NCBI GenBank assembly: GCA_964405855.1
Contig: CAYOPK010000001.1
Coordinates: 1 to 25,230, forward strand
Reading direction: 5' to 3'
DNA: 25,230 nucleotides
Origin: an uncultured Candidatus Saccharibacteria bacterium
GTDB taxonomy: Bacteria > Patescibacteriota > Minisyncoccia > Phycocordibacterales > Zambryskibacteraceae
The first letter of the stretch is position 1. Each line of letters starts with the position of its first letter. Position numbers and translations under genes: made by a program. This document shows positions 16,838 through 24,558 of the stretch, piece after piece. The notes beneath the pieces are model-generated. The model did no database searches, was not told the origin of the DNA, and saw nothing but the letters and a program-made list of their open reading frames with translations.

Positions 16838-17678
16838 CGAAAGTTCGAGAATAATGCGCTGTTCCGGTCTTGTCTGTCAAGAAATATAGATAGGGACTGT
16901 CCTTCGGTCGCAAAGCCGACTCAATAGAGACCAGGCCTGGATTATTAACTGGTGCGGGCGGCAAACCTCGATTCTCGTAAGTCCATCGGTCAACATCGAC
17001 CTGGAGCGCCATGCCGATACTGAGGCGTTTCCAGAGGAGGCCAGAAACTATTTCTCTATCCTCTCGGGTCTTCACCTCACCCTCGAGTATCGAAGCCATG
17101 ATGATAATTTCTTCTAAACTTCTCTCAGAGCTCTCTATCTCACCTTTGAGTGGGGCGATTTTCCTCGTGAAGTTGTCCTGCATCATCTTAATAGTACTTG
17201 AAGCAGTAGCGGTTACTGGTAGGAAGTAAGTATCTGGGAACAAGAAGCCCACTGGCGCCGAAGCTTCGAAAGCTTGATGATCGAAGCGTGGAAACCTTTC
17301 ATCAAAAAGAGTAGAGATCTTCTCCAGAGTGAAGCCCTCTGGCACAGTCACGCGTACCATTTCGATCTGATATTCCCCACGAGTAATCCGCCAAGCTAGA
17401 GCGAAGCTGGAATGTGGTTGGTCGAAGTAATATTCACCTGCTTGCATGACTCGCTCGCCACTCATAGAGATGGCGAAGGTGCGGAACCAGAATGGTGAGC
17501 GGATCAAACCTTCCCTTTCAAGCATCCGAGAAATTTCTTGGAGGCCCATCCCTTCGGGAACGGTGATGATACTATTTTTAGGGAAACTAGCTGGCGGAGT
17601 AAGCAGAAAGGCGAGGAAGACAAAGATTAAGCCAGAAGCCAGAAAATAAACTCGGCGCCGTACAGAAAGGGGTGACAT
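16800..17678 (-). CDS. mltG: Endolytic transglycosylase MltG (YceG-like)
   Basis: N-terminal TM, AGEY, VTVPEG, GFLFPDTY, ASILEGE (catalytic Glu), ALQVD, GLPPAPVNNPG and YLYFL. Confidence 0.9.
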   Translation of the reverse strand: MSPLSVRRRVYFLASGLIFVFLAFLLTPPASFPKNSIITVPEGMGLQEISRMLEREGLIRSPFWFRTFAISMSGERVMQAGEYYFDQPHSSFALAWRITRGEYQIEMVRVTVPEGFTLEKISTLFDERFPRFDHQAFEASAPVGFLFPDTYFLPVTATASSTIKMMQDNFTRKIAPLKGEIESSERSLEEIIIMASILEGEVKTREDREIVSGLLWKRLSIGMALQVDVDRWTYENRGLPPAPVNNPGLVSIESALRPKDSPYLYFLTDKTGTAHYSRTFDEHKEKINKYLR

Positions 17679-17680
17679 GG

Positions 17681-18922
17681 TTAGATGGGCAGATTGGCTG
17701 GAGCTTCTGATTTCTTCGAAGGAATGCGTGAGAGAGTTGGGGTCGCCACCACCATAGATGATGGGAAGTGATAAAGAGTGGCAATCTCTTCGGTGGTCAT
17801 GACATAAGTGGAGTCATGCATGTTACCCAAATGATCGTTGAAAATCTCACGCTTCTTATAAGCATCGAGAAGCTTCTTCTCATTTTTAATCTTTCTCATA
17901 TCTTGTAAGTCTTGCCAAGGGTAATCGTAATCGGCACTTTTCCCTGGTTTGAAACCATTGAGCGTGTTCGAGCCAAACTGTTTAAAGACACTGAGGAGTC
18001 CTCCAATATTAGAAGGGTTGAACTGTTCTGTCTCTGCAAAGTAGACAACACGAATCATGGTGTCGAAAGCCGTCTTCTCTATCGAGCGCTCGATGGCAGC
18101 GATGGAATCTTTCTGAGCTTCAGACATAAACTTGGGATCAAGAGCTTTTTCTTCCTTGCTCTTGAACTTAGCTTTCTCAGCAATTTTCTTGATCTCAGCT
18201 TCAGCGGCTTCCTTCCAATCCGGCCTAGGAATAATATGCCCATACTTGAAACCTTCTTTTGTATGAGCTTGGAGGAGAATTTGGATCCAGGCATGCTCAC
18301 CCTTCTTTAGTGAGCCGAGGAACTCAATTACGGGCGAGATAGGATCGTTCTTGAACTCCTCGTCCGGATCCTTATCGAGGCCGTAGTCCACATAGGTCTT
18401 GATCGGATAAGCATCGTCCTTCGTCAGAACCATGTGCGTAAACTTGCCAATCTTGTATTTCTGAGGGTCATGATGGAAGGCCAGAGCATAATCTGGCGCT
18501 TCGTGGATCTCCACGCTCGGGAACTGAGCATAGAGCTGATTCTCCACCACTCTTCTCTGTTTGGCATGAATCCAAATATAGAAATGCACCTGCCCCTCGT
18601 GCGAAACAAGTTCTAGAGAAGACCAGGAACGCACTCGACCCTTCAGGTAGACATCAGTCAGCGTCCCTACACCAGATTGATGCAGGCTCTGGAGAAAAAC
18701 CTCCATAAGAGCTGGTGACTTGGCCATCTCATTGGGCAACTTGATCTCGAGTAGCAGCTTCTCCTGATCCTTGATCCACTCACCCTGTTTATAAGAAAGC
18801 CACATTTTAAAAGAAAAATAGAGGGCCAAGAAAGGCGCCCAAAGAGGCCAGAGATCCCAAGCGATTTCTAAAGCTTGTAGAAAAATATCTTGTCTAAAAA
18901 GAGTTAAAAAGTCTTGAACCAT
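17681..18922 (-). CDS. Conserved hypothetical membrane-anchored protein (CPR-type family)
   Basis: 413-aa ORF with N-terminal TM and motifs LLEIKLP..KSP..ME, SLELVS..G.VHFYIW, QLYAQFP.VEI and EEIATLYHFP. I recall these from CPR proteins associated with VirB4/TraG-like ATPases (unverified). Confidence 0.6.
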   Translation of the reverse strand: MVQDFLTLFRQDIFLQALEIAWDLWPLWAPFLALYFSFKMWLSYKQGEWIKDQEKLLLEIKLPNEMAKSPALMEVFLQSLHQSGVGTLTDVYLKGRVRSWSSLELVSHEGQVHFYIWIHAKQRRVVENQLYAQFPSVEIHEAPDYALAFHHDPQKYKIGKFTHMVLTKDDAYPIKTYVDYGLDKDPDEEFKNDPISPVIEFLGSLKKGEHAWIQILLQAHTKEGFKYGHIIPRPDWKEAAEAEIKKIAEKAKFKSKEEKALDPKFMSEAQKDSIAAIERSIEKTAFDTMIRVVYFAETEQFNPSNIGGLLSVFKQFGSNTLNGFKPGKSADYDYPWQDLQDMRKIKNEKKLLDAYKKREIFNDHLGNMHDSTYVMTTEEIATLYHFPSSMVVATPTLSRIPSKKSEAPANLPI

Positions 18923-18972
18923 TAACCTTATTTTAACCCGTCAAACCACTTTTTACCAACTGCCAGAGAAAA

Positions 18973-20010
18973 TTAGGCGTTGCTATAACGATGTTCTTTG
19001 TCTTTCTTGAAAAACTTAGGATTCTGGAGATTGACGAGAATAGTGTTCTCTTTCACATAACGCTCCTTCAAGACCTTCTCAACAATCTTCTCTTTAGTGA
19101 GAGGGCCTTCTTTATCTAAAATCTTCTTGATCACATCCTTCACTACTCCAGACATATAACCCCACTCAGCCAGAGCGTAGAGGCCGCGGCCAACGAGGAC
19201 AAAGCGAGGATCTTTAATGAGCTCGTTGTGAGTGGTGGCTACATGAGCCTTCTTGTCGAAATACTGGGAGATGGCCTTGGCCACTTCCTTGAAGTGAATT
19301 GGGGAACCATGTTTCCTGATAACGAGGAAAGCGTAGTCACGCATACCTTTGGCATTAACGTTTGGAGAAGCCGACTTACCCCACTCACCTAGTGGGTTCT
19401 TGTCGATCTTATGAGAGATCGAAAGCCAGCGCTTAATCACTTCTTCGTTCTTATACTTCTCGTTCAAGTCCTTCACCTCTTCGAGGAAAGAAGTGATCAT
19501 GTCTGCTTCGAAAACCAGTTCATCATCAGAAAGCTTGGCATAAAGTTTCTTCAGCGCTGACTGAATCTTGTGTGACAACTCTTGATCCACGTGCCAGCGA
19601 TGCTTGAAATCACCGTCTTCTTTCTCTCTCCTAAACTCCTCCCCGATAACCATGAGGAAGTGCATATGATTCTGAGTGCTCTGATCCTTAGCAAGGTGCG
19701 AGAGGAGGTCCTTTTCAGAAACGATACCACCAAGCTCGATGATGAGAGCTTTCAGTTCGGTGAAAACAGGTTCTGCATCTTTGTAAGACTTGGACTTCCT
19801 GATAGTGGCGAGGGAATGATTCTCGATCTGGCGCACACGCTCACGAGTGATGTTGTACTTCTTCCCGATAGCGTCGAGAGTGAGGCGCTGAGATTTGCTG
19901 CCAAGCCCATAACGGCTGACGAGAACATCTTGAGCGCGCTTAGCGAGGGTGGATAAAAGAGCCTTGGTCACCTCTTTTGGCTTGAAGCTCAGAGATATTT
20001 TTTCGTTCAT
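18973..20010 (-). CDS. Sigma70 region-4 HTH fused to C-terminal winged-helix (HARE-HTH / RNAP delta-like) domain
   Basis: RAQDVLVSRYGL...TLDAIGKKYNITRERVRQIE (region 4.2). C-terminal PIHFKEVA...HNELIKDPRFVLVGRGLYALAEWG. No recognisable sigma region 2. Confidence 0.7.
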   Translation of the reverse strand: MNEKISLSFKPKEVTKALLSTLAKRAQDVLVSRYGLGSKSQRLTLDAIGKKYNITRERVRQIENHSLATIRKSKSYKDAEPVFTELKALIIELGGIVSEKDLLSHLAKDQSTQNHMHFLMVIGEEFRREKEDGDFKHRWHVDQELSHKIQSALKKLYAKLSDDELVFEADMITSFLEEVKDLNEKYKNEEVIKRWLSISHKIDKNPLGEWGKSASPNVNAKGMRDYAFLVIRKHGSPIHFKEVAKAISQYFDKKAHVATTHNELIKDPRFVLVGRGLYALAEWGYMSGVVKDVIKKILDKEGPLTKEKIVEKVLKERYVKENTILVNLQNPKFFKKDKEHRYSNA

Positions 20011-20019
20011 ATTGTTATA

Positions 20020-20048
20020 TTTGTATCATCCGAGGGGAAGCGTGTCAA
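20020..20048 (-). promoter_or_regulatory. Putative promoter of the sigma-r4/winged-helix gene
   Basis: Minus strand TTGACA (20048-20043) - 17 nt ending TGA - TACAAA (20025-20020). The last -10 base is non-consensus. Confidence 0.45.
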
Positions 20049-20051
20049 GCA

Positions 20052-22226
20052 CTAGACAGAAAGGACTAGATTGACCAGTTTTCCGGGCACATAAACGGCT
20101 CGAGCCACCGACTTATCCACAACCCACTTCCCTACTTCTGGCAGTTCCTGAGCGAGGCGAAGGGCCTCTGCTTCTGGCAGATCAGCTCTTGCATCAAACT
20201 TCCCCCTCATCTTGCCGTTCACCTGGACCACGATAGTCACCTCAGAAGCGACAAGTTTTTTCTCATCGTACTCTGGCCACGACGAAGTGTGAATCGAGGC
20301 GTTATGCCCCAAACTCTGCCATAGCTCCTCAGCCATGTGCGGAGCGAATGGTGCAAGAAGTTGGAGTAAGGTTTCGAAATTTTCTCTAGAAATATTTTCT
20401 TGTTTACTTAATTCATTTACCGAAATCATAAGTGCGGAGACGGCAGTGTTCATCTTCATACTCTCAATCTCTTTCGAAACTTTCTGGATAAGTAGATCCA
20501 GAGAAATGGAAGCGGCGCCTTCTTTTATTTTCTCCTTCAACTTCCAAACTCTCTCGAGAAATCGCCTCACTCCGACTGCCGCATCTGGGTTCCAAGGATA
20601 AGCCCCTACTTCGTTATAAGGACCAATGAAGGCCATATACATGCGGACGGTGTCAGCACCCAAACGATCCACCTCTTTGTCAGGGTCGATTACGTTACCT
20701 CGAGACTTACTCATCTTCTGGCCATCTGGGCCCATGATGAGACCTCTATTCATACGACGAGTATACGGCTCATCTTCATTGACTAAACCGAGGTCAAATA
20801 AAACCTTATGGAAAAATCGACTATAGAGTAAGTGCATCGTCGTGTGCTCGGCTCCACCGGAATAGAATCCAACTGGCATCCAGAGTTTCTGCTTCTCTTT
20901 CGAAGCGAACTCCTCTGAATTCTGTGGGTCGGCATAGCGCAAGAAGTACCAAGAAGAATCCACAAAAGTATCGAGCGTATCTGTTTCCCTCTTCGACATC
21001 TCACCACACTTAGGACATGGGACATTGACCCAGGACTCCACTTTAGCGAGCGGCGACTGACCTTCGTCGTTCGGTAGATAATCATCAGTGTCAGGCAGAA
21101 TGACTTGCAGATCTTTCTCCGGCACCGCCACAGGGCCACAGCCGGCACAATGAATCACTGGTATCGGACAGCCCCAGTAGCGCTGTCTAGAAACCCCCCA
21201 GTCTCGTAGCCTATATTTAAGTGTCTTCGTCCCGAAATCTTCAAACCCAGCTTTCTGATAATCTCTCACCACCGGCAAACCATGTTTCTCGGCAAAAGCC
21301 AGATCCCGCTCATCGTCAGCTGGTACGCCCATGATGGCGCCGGTGCCGTAGTCAGCCAGCACATACTCAGCTTCCCAAACGGGAATCTTTTCTCCGGTAG
21401 CGGGATTGATCACATACTCTCCTGTAAACCGATCCTTCTCACCAGCTTTCACCAAGAAAGTGGCGCCATAGATAGTGTCAGGTCGAGTGGTGAAAACCTT
21501 GACGGAGGTCTGACCTCCGTCAACTTCAAAACTAATCTCTGCTCCTTCAGAACGTCCGATCCAGTTCTTCTGGGACTCTTTGATAGACCTTGGCCATTCG
21601 AGTTTTTCTAGGTCGTCGATAAGACGGTCGGCGTAGTCTGTGATTTTTATATTCCACTGCAACACATTCCGCTTCTCAACTTCTGTTCCACAACGCTCGC
21701 AGTGGTCGGAAACAACCTGCTCGTTGGCGAGAACTGTTTTACAACTCGGGCACCAGTTAGCTGGAGTTTCAGCACGATAAACCAGGCCCTTCTCTAGAAA
21801 CTGAAGGAAGAGCCACTGCGTCCACCGGTAGTACTCTGGCGAAGCTGTCACCACTTCTCGTGACCAGTCGAAAGAAGCTCCCATGGATCGAAGCTGATTT
21901 CTCATGTATTCAATGTTCGAGAAGGTCCACTCGCGGGGATTGATGCCATTCTTTATGGCAGCATTCTCGGCTGGTAAGCCGAAAGCATCGAAGCCCATCG
22001 GATACATGACATTCTTCCCACCCATTCTTCTGTAGCGGACGTAAATGTCAGGCACAGAAAAAGCGTACCAGTGCCCGACATGGAGATTGCCGGAGGGGTA
22101 AGCGAACTCGACCAACACGTATTCGTTCTCTTCCCCTTCCACATTGTCAGGGATGCGGTAAAGACCGCTTTTCTCCCACTCGGCTTGCCACTTCTTCTCT
22201 ATTTCTTTCGGATCGTAATCTTTCAC
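20052..22226 (-). CDS. leuS: Leucine--tRNA ligase, compact form
   Basis: GTG start. YPSGNLHVGH (HIGH), GFDAFGLPAENAA, TTRPDT, DWGVSRQRYWG, DTFVDSSWYF and KMSKS; 724 aa. Confidence 0.97.
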   Translation of the reverse strand: MKDYDPKEIEKKWQAEWEKSGLYRIPDNVEGEENEYVLVEFAYPSGNLHVGHWYAFSVPDIYVRYRRMGGKNVMYPMGFDAFGLPAENAAIKNGINPREWTFSNIEYMRNQLRSMGASFDWSREVVTASPEYYRWTQWLFLQFLEKGLVYRAETPANWCPSCKTVLANEQVVSDHCERCGTEVEKRNVLQWNIKITDYADRLIDDLEKLEWPRSIKESQKNWIGRSEGAEISFEVDGGQTSVKVFTTRPDTIYGATFLVKAGEKDRFTGEYVINPATGEKIPVWEAEYVLADYGTGAIMGVPADDERDLAFAEKHGLPVVRDYQKAGFEDFGTKTLKYRLRDWGVSRQRYWGCPIPVIHCAGCGPVAVPEKDLQVILPDTDDYLPNDEGQSPLAKVESWVNVPCPKCGEMSKRETDTLDTFVDSSWYFLRYADPQNSEEFASKEKQKLWMPVGFYSGGAEHTTMHLLYSRFFHKVLFDLGLVNEDEPYTRRMNRGLIMGPDGQKMSKSRGNVIDPDKEVDRLGADTVRMYMAFIGPYNEVGAYPWNPDAAVGVRRFLERVWKLKEKIKEGAASISLDLLIQKVSKEIESMKMNTAVSALMISVNELSKQENISRENFETLLQLLAPFAPHMAEELWQSLGHNASIHTSSWPEYDEKKLVASEVTIVVQVNGKMRGKFDARADLPEAEALRLAQELPEVGKWVVDKSVARAVYVPGKLVNLVLSV

Positions 22227-22246
22227 GTATTTGTTTTACCTACTAT

Positions 22247-22792
22247 CTACTGTTTAGCACCGAATTTCTTCATCGCCACCCAGAAGAGAAGCCCGAGAGC
22301 AATAGCAAGAATAACTACTCGGAAGATGTCATCAGCTGAGCTCCAGTAACGCATGGAAGCGATAACAAATGAGAGCACACCTCCGAGAGAGAGTCCGCTA
22401 GCTATCACAGAGTTACCAGCTACCAAGAAGTTGCCGGCAAGGACAGAGAGTGCGCCGAGAACTACCAGAACAACGAAGACATTTCGGTTGTAAGAATCAT
22501 TATCAGATTCGTACGTCTGACGGCAGGTGTACTGCAGATCGCAGTAACCCATAGGTTCGGTCACGCCAGGAGCCACAGGTTTCCCGTAGTAAGAATTCTC
22601 AGTCCACTGACCACCTTGGTCGGTGCACTCAGTCTGTGTTTCCGGCATAGTCACCACCTGCTGGGTAGGACAATACACTTCGTAATCTGGTGCATCGTAG
22701 ACCAGGGAGAGTGTGTAGTTGAAGAAAAGATTAAGAACGATAACAATACCAATAATGATTGACCATTTCCCAATACGGTTTTCTGTATTCAT
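22247..22792 (-). CDS. Hypothetical membrane protein with a Cys-containing extracytoplasmic loop
   Basis: About 4 TM segments; loop after TM1 contains 4 Cys (YCP...ECTDQGGQW...GYCDLQYTCR). Confidence 0.75.
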   Translation of the reverse strand: MNTENRIGKWSIIIGIVIVLNLFFNYTLSLVYDAPDYEVYCPTQQVVTMPETQTECTDQGGQWTENSYYGKPVAPGVTEPMGYCDLQYTCRQTYESDNDSYNRNVFVVLVVLGALSVLAGNFLVAGNSVIASGLSLGGVLSFVIASMRYWSSADDIFRVVILAIALGLLFWVAMKKFGAKQ

Positions 22793-22799
22793 ATTTTAA

Positions 22800-23621
22800 T
22801 TATACCAAAAATTCGATGACGTCGCCGTCCTGCACTATGTATTCCTTGCCTTCGATTCTCACCCAGCCTTTGGCGCGAGCGGACGCGTAGGATCCGGCTT
22901 CGAGAAGTTTCTCGTTCGCAATGACCTCCGCGCGGATAAATCTGGTTTCGAAATCTGAATGGATGGAGCGTCCAGCCTCAGGAGCCGCTGCGCCACGTCG
23001 ACAAGTCCAAGCTCGACTCTCCTTCTCTCCAGTGGTGAGGAAAGTGATGAGATCGAGGAGTTTGTAAGCTTCGATAATAAGCTGATCGAGACCGGTGCCG
23101 AAGACTGGATCAACCTCTAGATAAGGCCCAGGCAACTTCTCTTTGAATTCTGGAGAAATCTGCCCAGCAATCTCAGAAACATTTAAAACATAGAGTGTCG
23201 GCTTCTGAATCCCTGCTTTCTCTAACTCCAGGTTAATAATCTCAATATCGAAAAGTGGATCAACCTTATTATGCACATGGATGATATCTGGATCCTCGAA
23301 GGTACGCACCATCATGATGATGGCGTCGACTTCTCGGATATTCGAGAGGAACTTGTTACCCAGACCCTCACCCTCTGAAGCGCCTTTCACCAGTCCGGCG
23401 ATGTCAACGAACTCCACCACGGCCGGAACCACCTTCTTCGACTTAGAGAGCTCGGCTAGTTTATCGAGACGCACATCGGGTACAGGCACAATCCCGACCG
23501 AGGGGTCGATGGTGCAGAAGGGATAGTTCTCCGCCGGCACACTCTTCTTGGTCAGCGCATTAAAGAGCGTGGACTTCCCCACATTTGGCAAACCGACGAT
23601 TCCGACAGAAAGTTTGGACAT
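22800..23621 (-). CDS. ychF: YchF/OLA1 P-loop ATPase lacking the helical insertion domain
   Basis: GIVGLPNVGKSTLFNALT, NYPFCTI, DIAGLVKGASEGEGLGNKFL and C-terminal TGS (IHSDFE..FIRAEV, EGKEYIVQDGD); 273 aa. Confidence 0.95.
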   Translation of the reverse strand: MSKLSVGIVGLPNVGKSTLFNALTKKSVPAENYPFCTIDPSVGIVPVPDVRLDKLAELSKSKKVVPAVVEFVDIAGLVKGASEGEGLGNKFLSNIREVDAIIMMVRTFEDPDIIHVHNKVDPLFDIEIINLELEKAGIQKPTLYVLNVSEIAGQISPEFKEKLPGPYLEVDPVFGTGLDQLIIEAYKLLDLITFLTTGEKESRAWTCRRGAAAPEAGRSIHSDFETRFIRAEVIANEKLLEAGSYASARAKGWVRIEGKEYIVQDGDVIEFLV

Positions 23622-23664
23622 AGACCTTAGAAGAATAGCTTATTTTAAGCCGTTTTACAAAAAC

Positions 23665-23694
23665 TTGACCAAAACGCTATAAGTGTGCTATAAT
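23665..23694 (+). promoter_or_regulatory. sigma70 promoter (extended -10) of the amidase gene
   Basis: TTGACC (23665-23670) - 18 nt ending TGC - TATAAT (23689-23694). Confidence 0.7.
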
Positions 23695-23725
23695 TATAAA
23701 AGACCCTTAAACGAAAGGACAGAAC

Positions 23726-24493
23726 ATGGACCGAGTTTACACCCTGCTGCTGGCGATATTCATCGCTGGAGCCGGGTTCGCTGAGCCACTGGCCCAGTCG
23801 AAAGCACGAGGCTCCCTCTACGGGACCGTGCTCATCCTCGACCCAGGCCACGGCGGAACCGACCCTGGAGCCTCGAGAGGCTTCAACGGTCAGCGCGTGA
23901 CAGAAAACGAGTACGTCTACGACGTCACGCGCCGAGTCGAGAGACTGGCGCGGGCCAAAGACGGAATCGTCTTCATCACGCTCCGCCACGACGAAGGTAC
24001 CCGCGACGGCTCTCCTCAGGAGATCTTCGCGGACAACCGAACCGAGAGGTTCAGCCACGACGGATCCGTTGCCGTCGCTGGCACCAGCGGCCTACGTAAG
24101 CGCCAACTTTACGGCAACGCGATGGTGCGGAAATATCCGCGCCACCGTCTCGCCTGGCTCTCGATCCACTTCGACGTGGTCGGGACGCGCAAGGACGTAG
24201 ATGGGGTGAGAATCATCCACGCCCCAAACCCAGGCTCACTGAGTCTTGCGAACCGTCTCGCCCAGAGCTTCGACCAAGCGGGTCGTATGCGCGCGCATGG
24301 TCCGGTGGCGAGGAACGGCGACCCACGCTACGGATTGCGGAACTTGTACATCCTCAACGGTGGGAACCGGGCTCCGGCCAAGGTTCTCGTCGAACTCGGA
24401 AACTTCAACAATGATGTGGATCTCTGGAGAATCAGGGACCCGAAAGTGCGTGAGGCTTACGCCCGCGCCATCATCGAAGCTTTCGAGAAGTAG
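23726..24493 (+). CDS. Secreted N-acetylmuramoyl-L-alanine amidase (Amidase_3 / AmiC-like catalytic domain)
   Basis: Signal-peptide-like N-terminus, LILDPGHGG, TENEY, LSIHFD and VLVELGN (Zn ligands H/E/H and catalytic Glu). AAGGA 6 nt before ATG. Confidence 0.9.
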   Translation: MDRVYTLLLAIFIAGAGFAEPLAQSKARGSLYGTVLILDPGHGGTDPGASRGFNGQRVTENEYVYDVTRRVERLARAKDGIVFITLRHDEGTRDGSPQEIFADNRTERFSHDGSVAVAGTSGLRKRQLYGNAMVRKYPRHRLAWLSIHFDVVGTRKDVDGVRIIHAPNPGSLSLANRLAQSFDQAGRMRAHGPVARNGDPRYGLRNLYILNGGNRAPAKVLVELGNFNNDVDLWRIRDPKVREAYARAIIEAFEK

Positions 24494-24500
24494 CACACTG

Positions 24501-24534
24501 AACCCCCGGTTCGACACAGGTCGAACCGGGGGTT
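24501..24534. terminator. Perfect 15-bp hairpin between convergent genes
   Basis: AACCCCCGGTTCGAC-ACAG-GTCGAACCGGGGGTT followed by an AT-rich tract. Confidence 0.75.
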
Positions 24535-24558
24535 AAATATTTTAAATATCTCGGCTAC

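Noticed and set aside
2148-17275. Shared 14-mer AAGCTTTCGAAGCT at 2148-2161 (+) and 17262-17275 (-)
   Set aside because: A few exact 14-mer matches are expected by chance in 25 kb over both strands, and the flanks do not extend.
23645-24058. 137-aa antisense ORF over the amidase
   Set aside because: Shadow ORF typical of GC-rich coding DNA, with no recognisable motifs. It overlaps the amidase promoter.
24494-24541. Hairpin as an integron attC site (ends ACTGAAC ... GTTAAAT)
   Set aside because: The right end fits GTTRRRY, but the left end misses RYYYAAC. The stem is perfect, with no extrahelical bases, and shorter than known attC sites. No integrase is present. A terminator is the simpler explanation.
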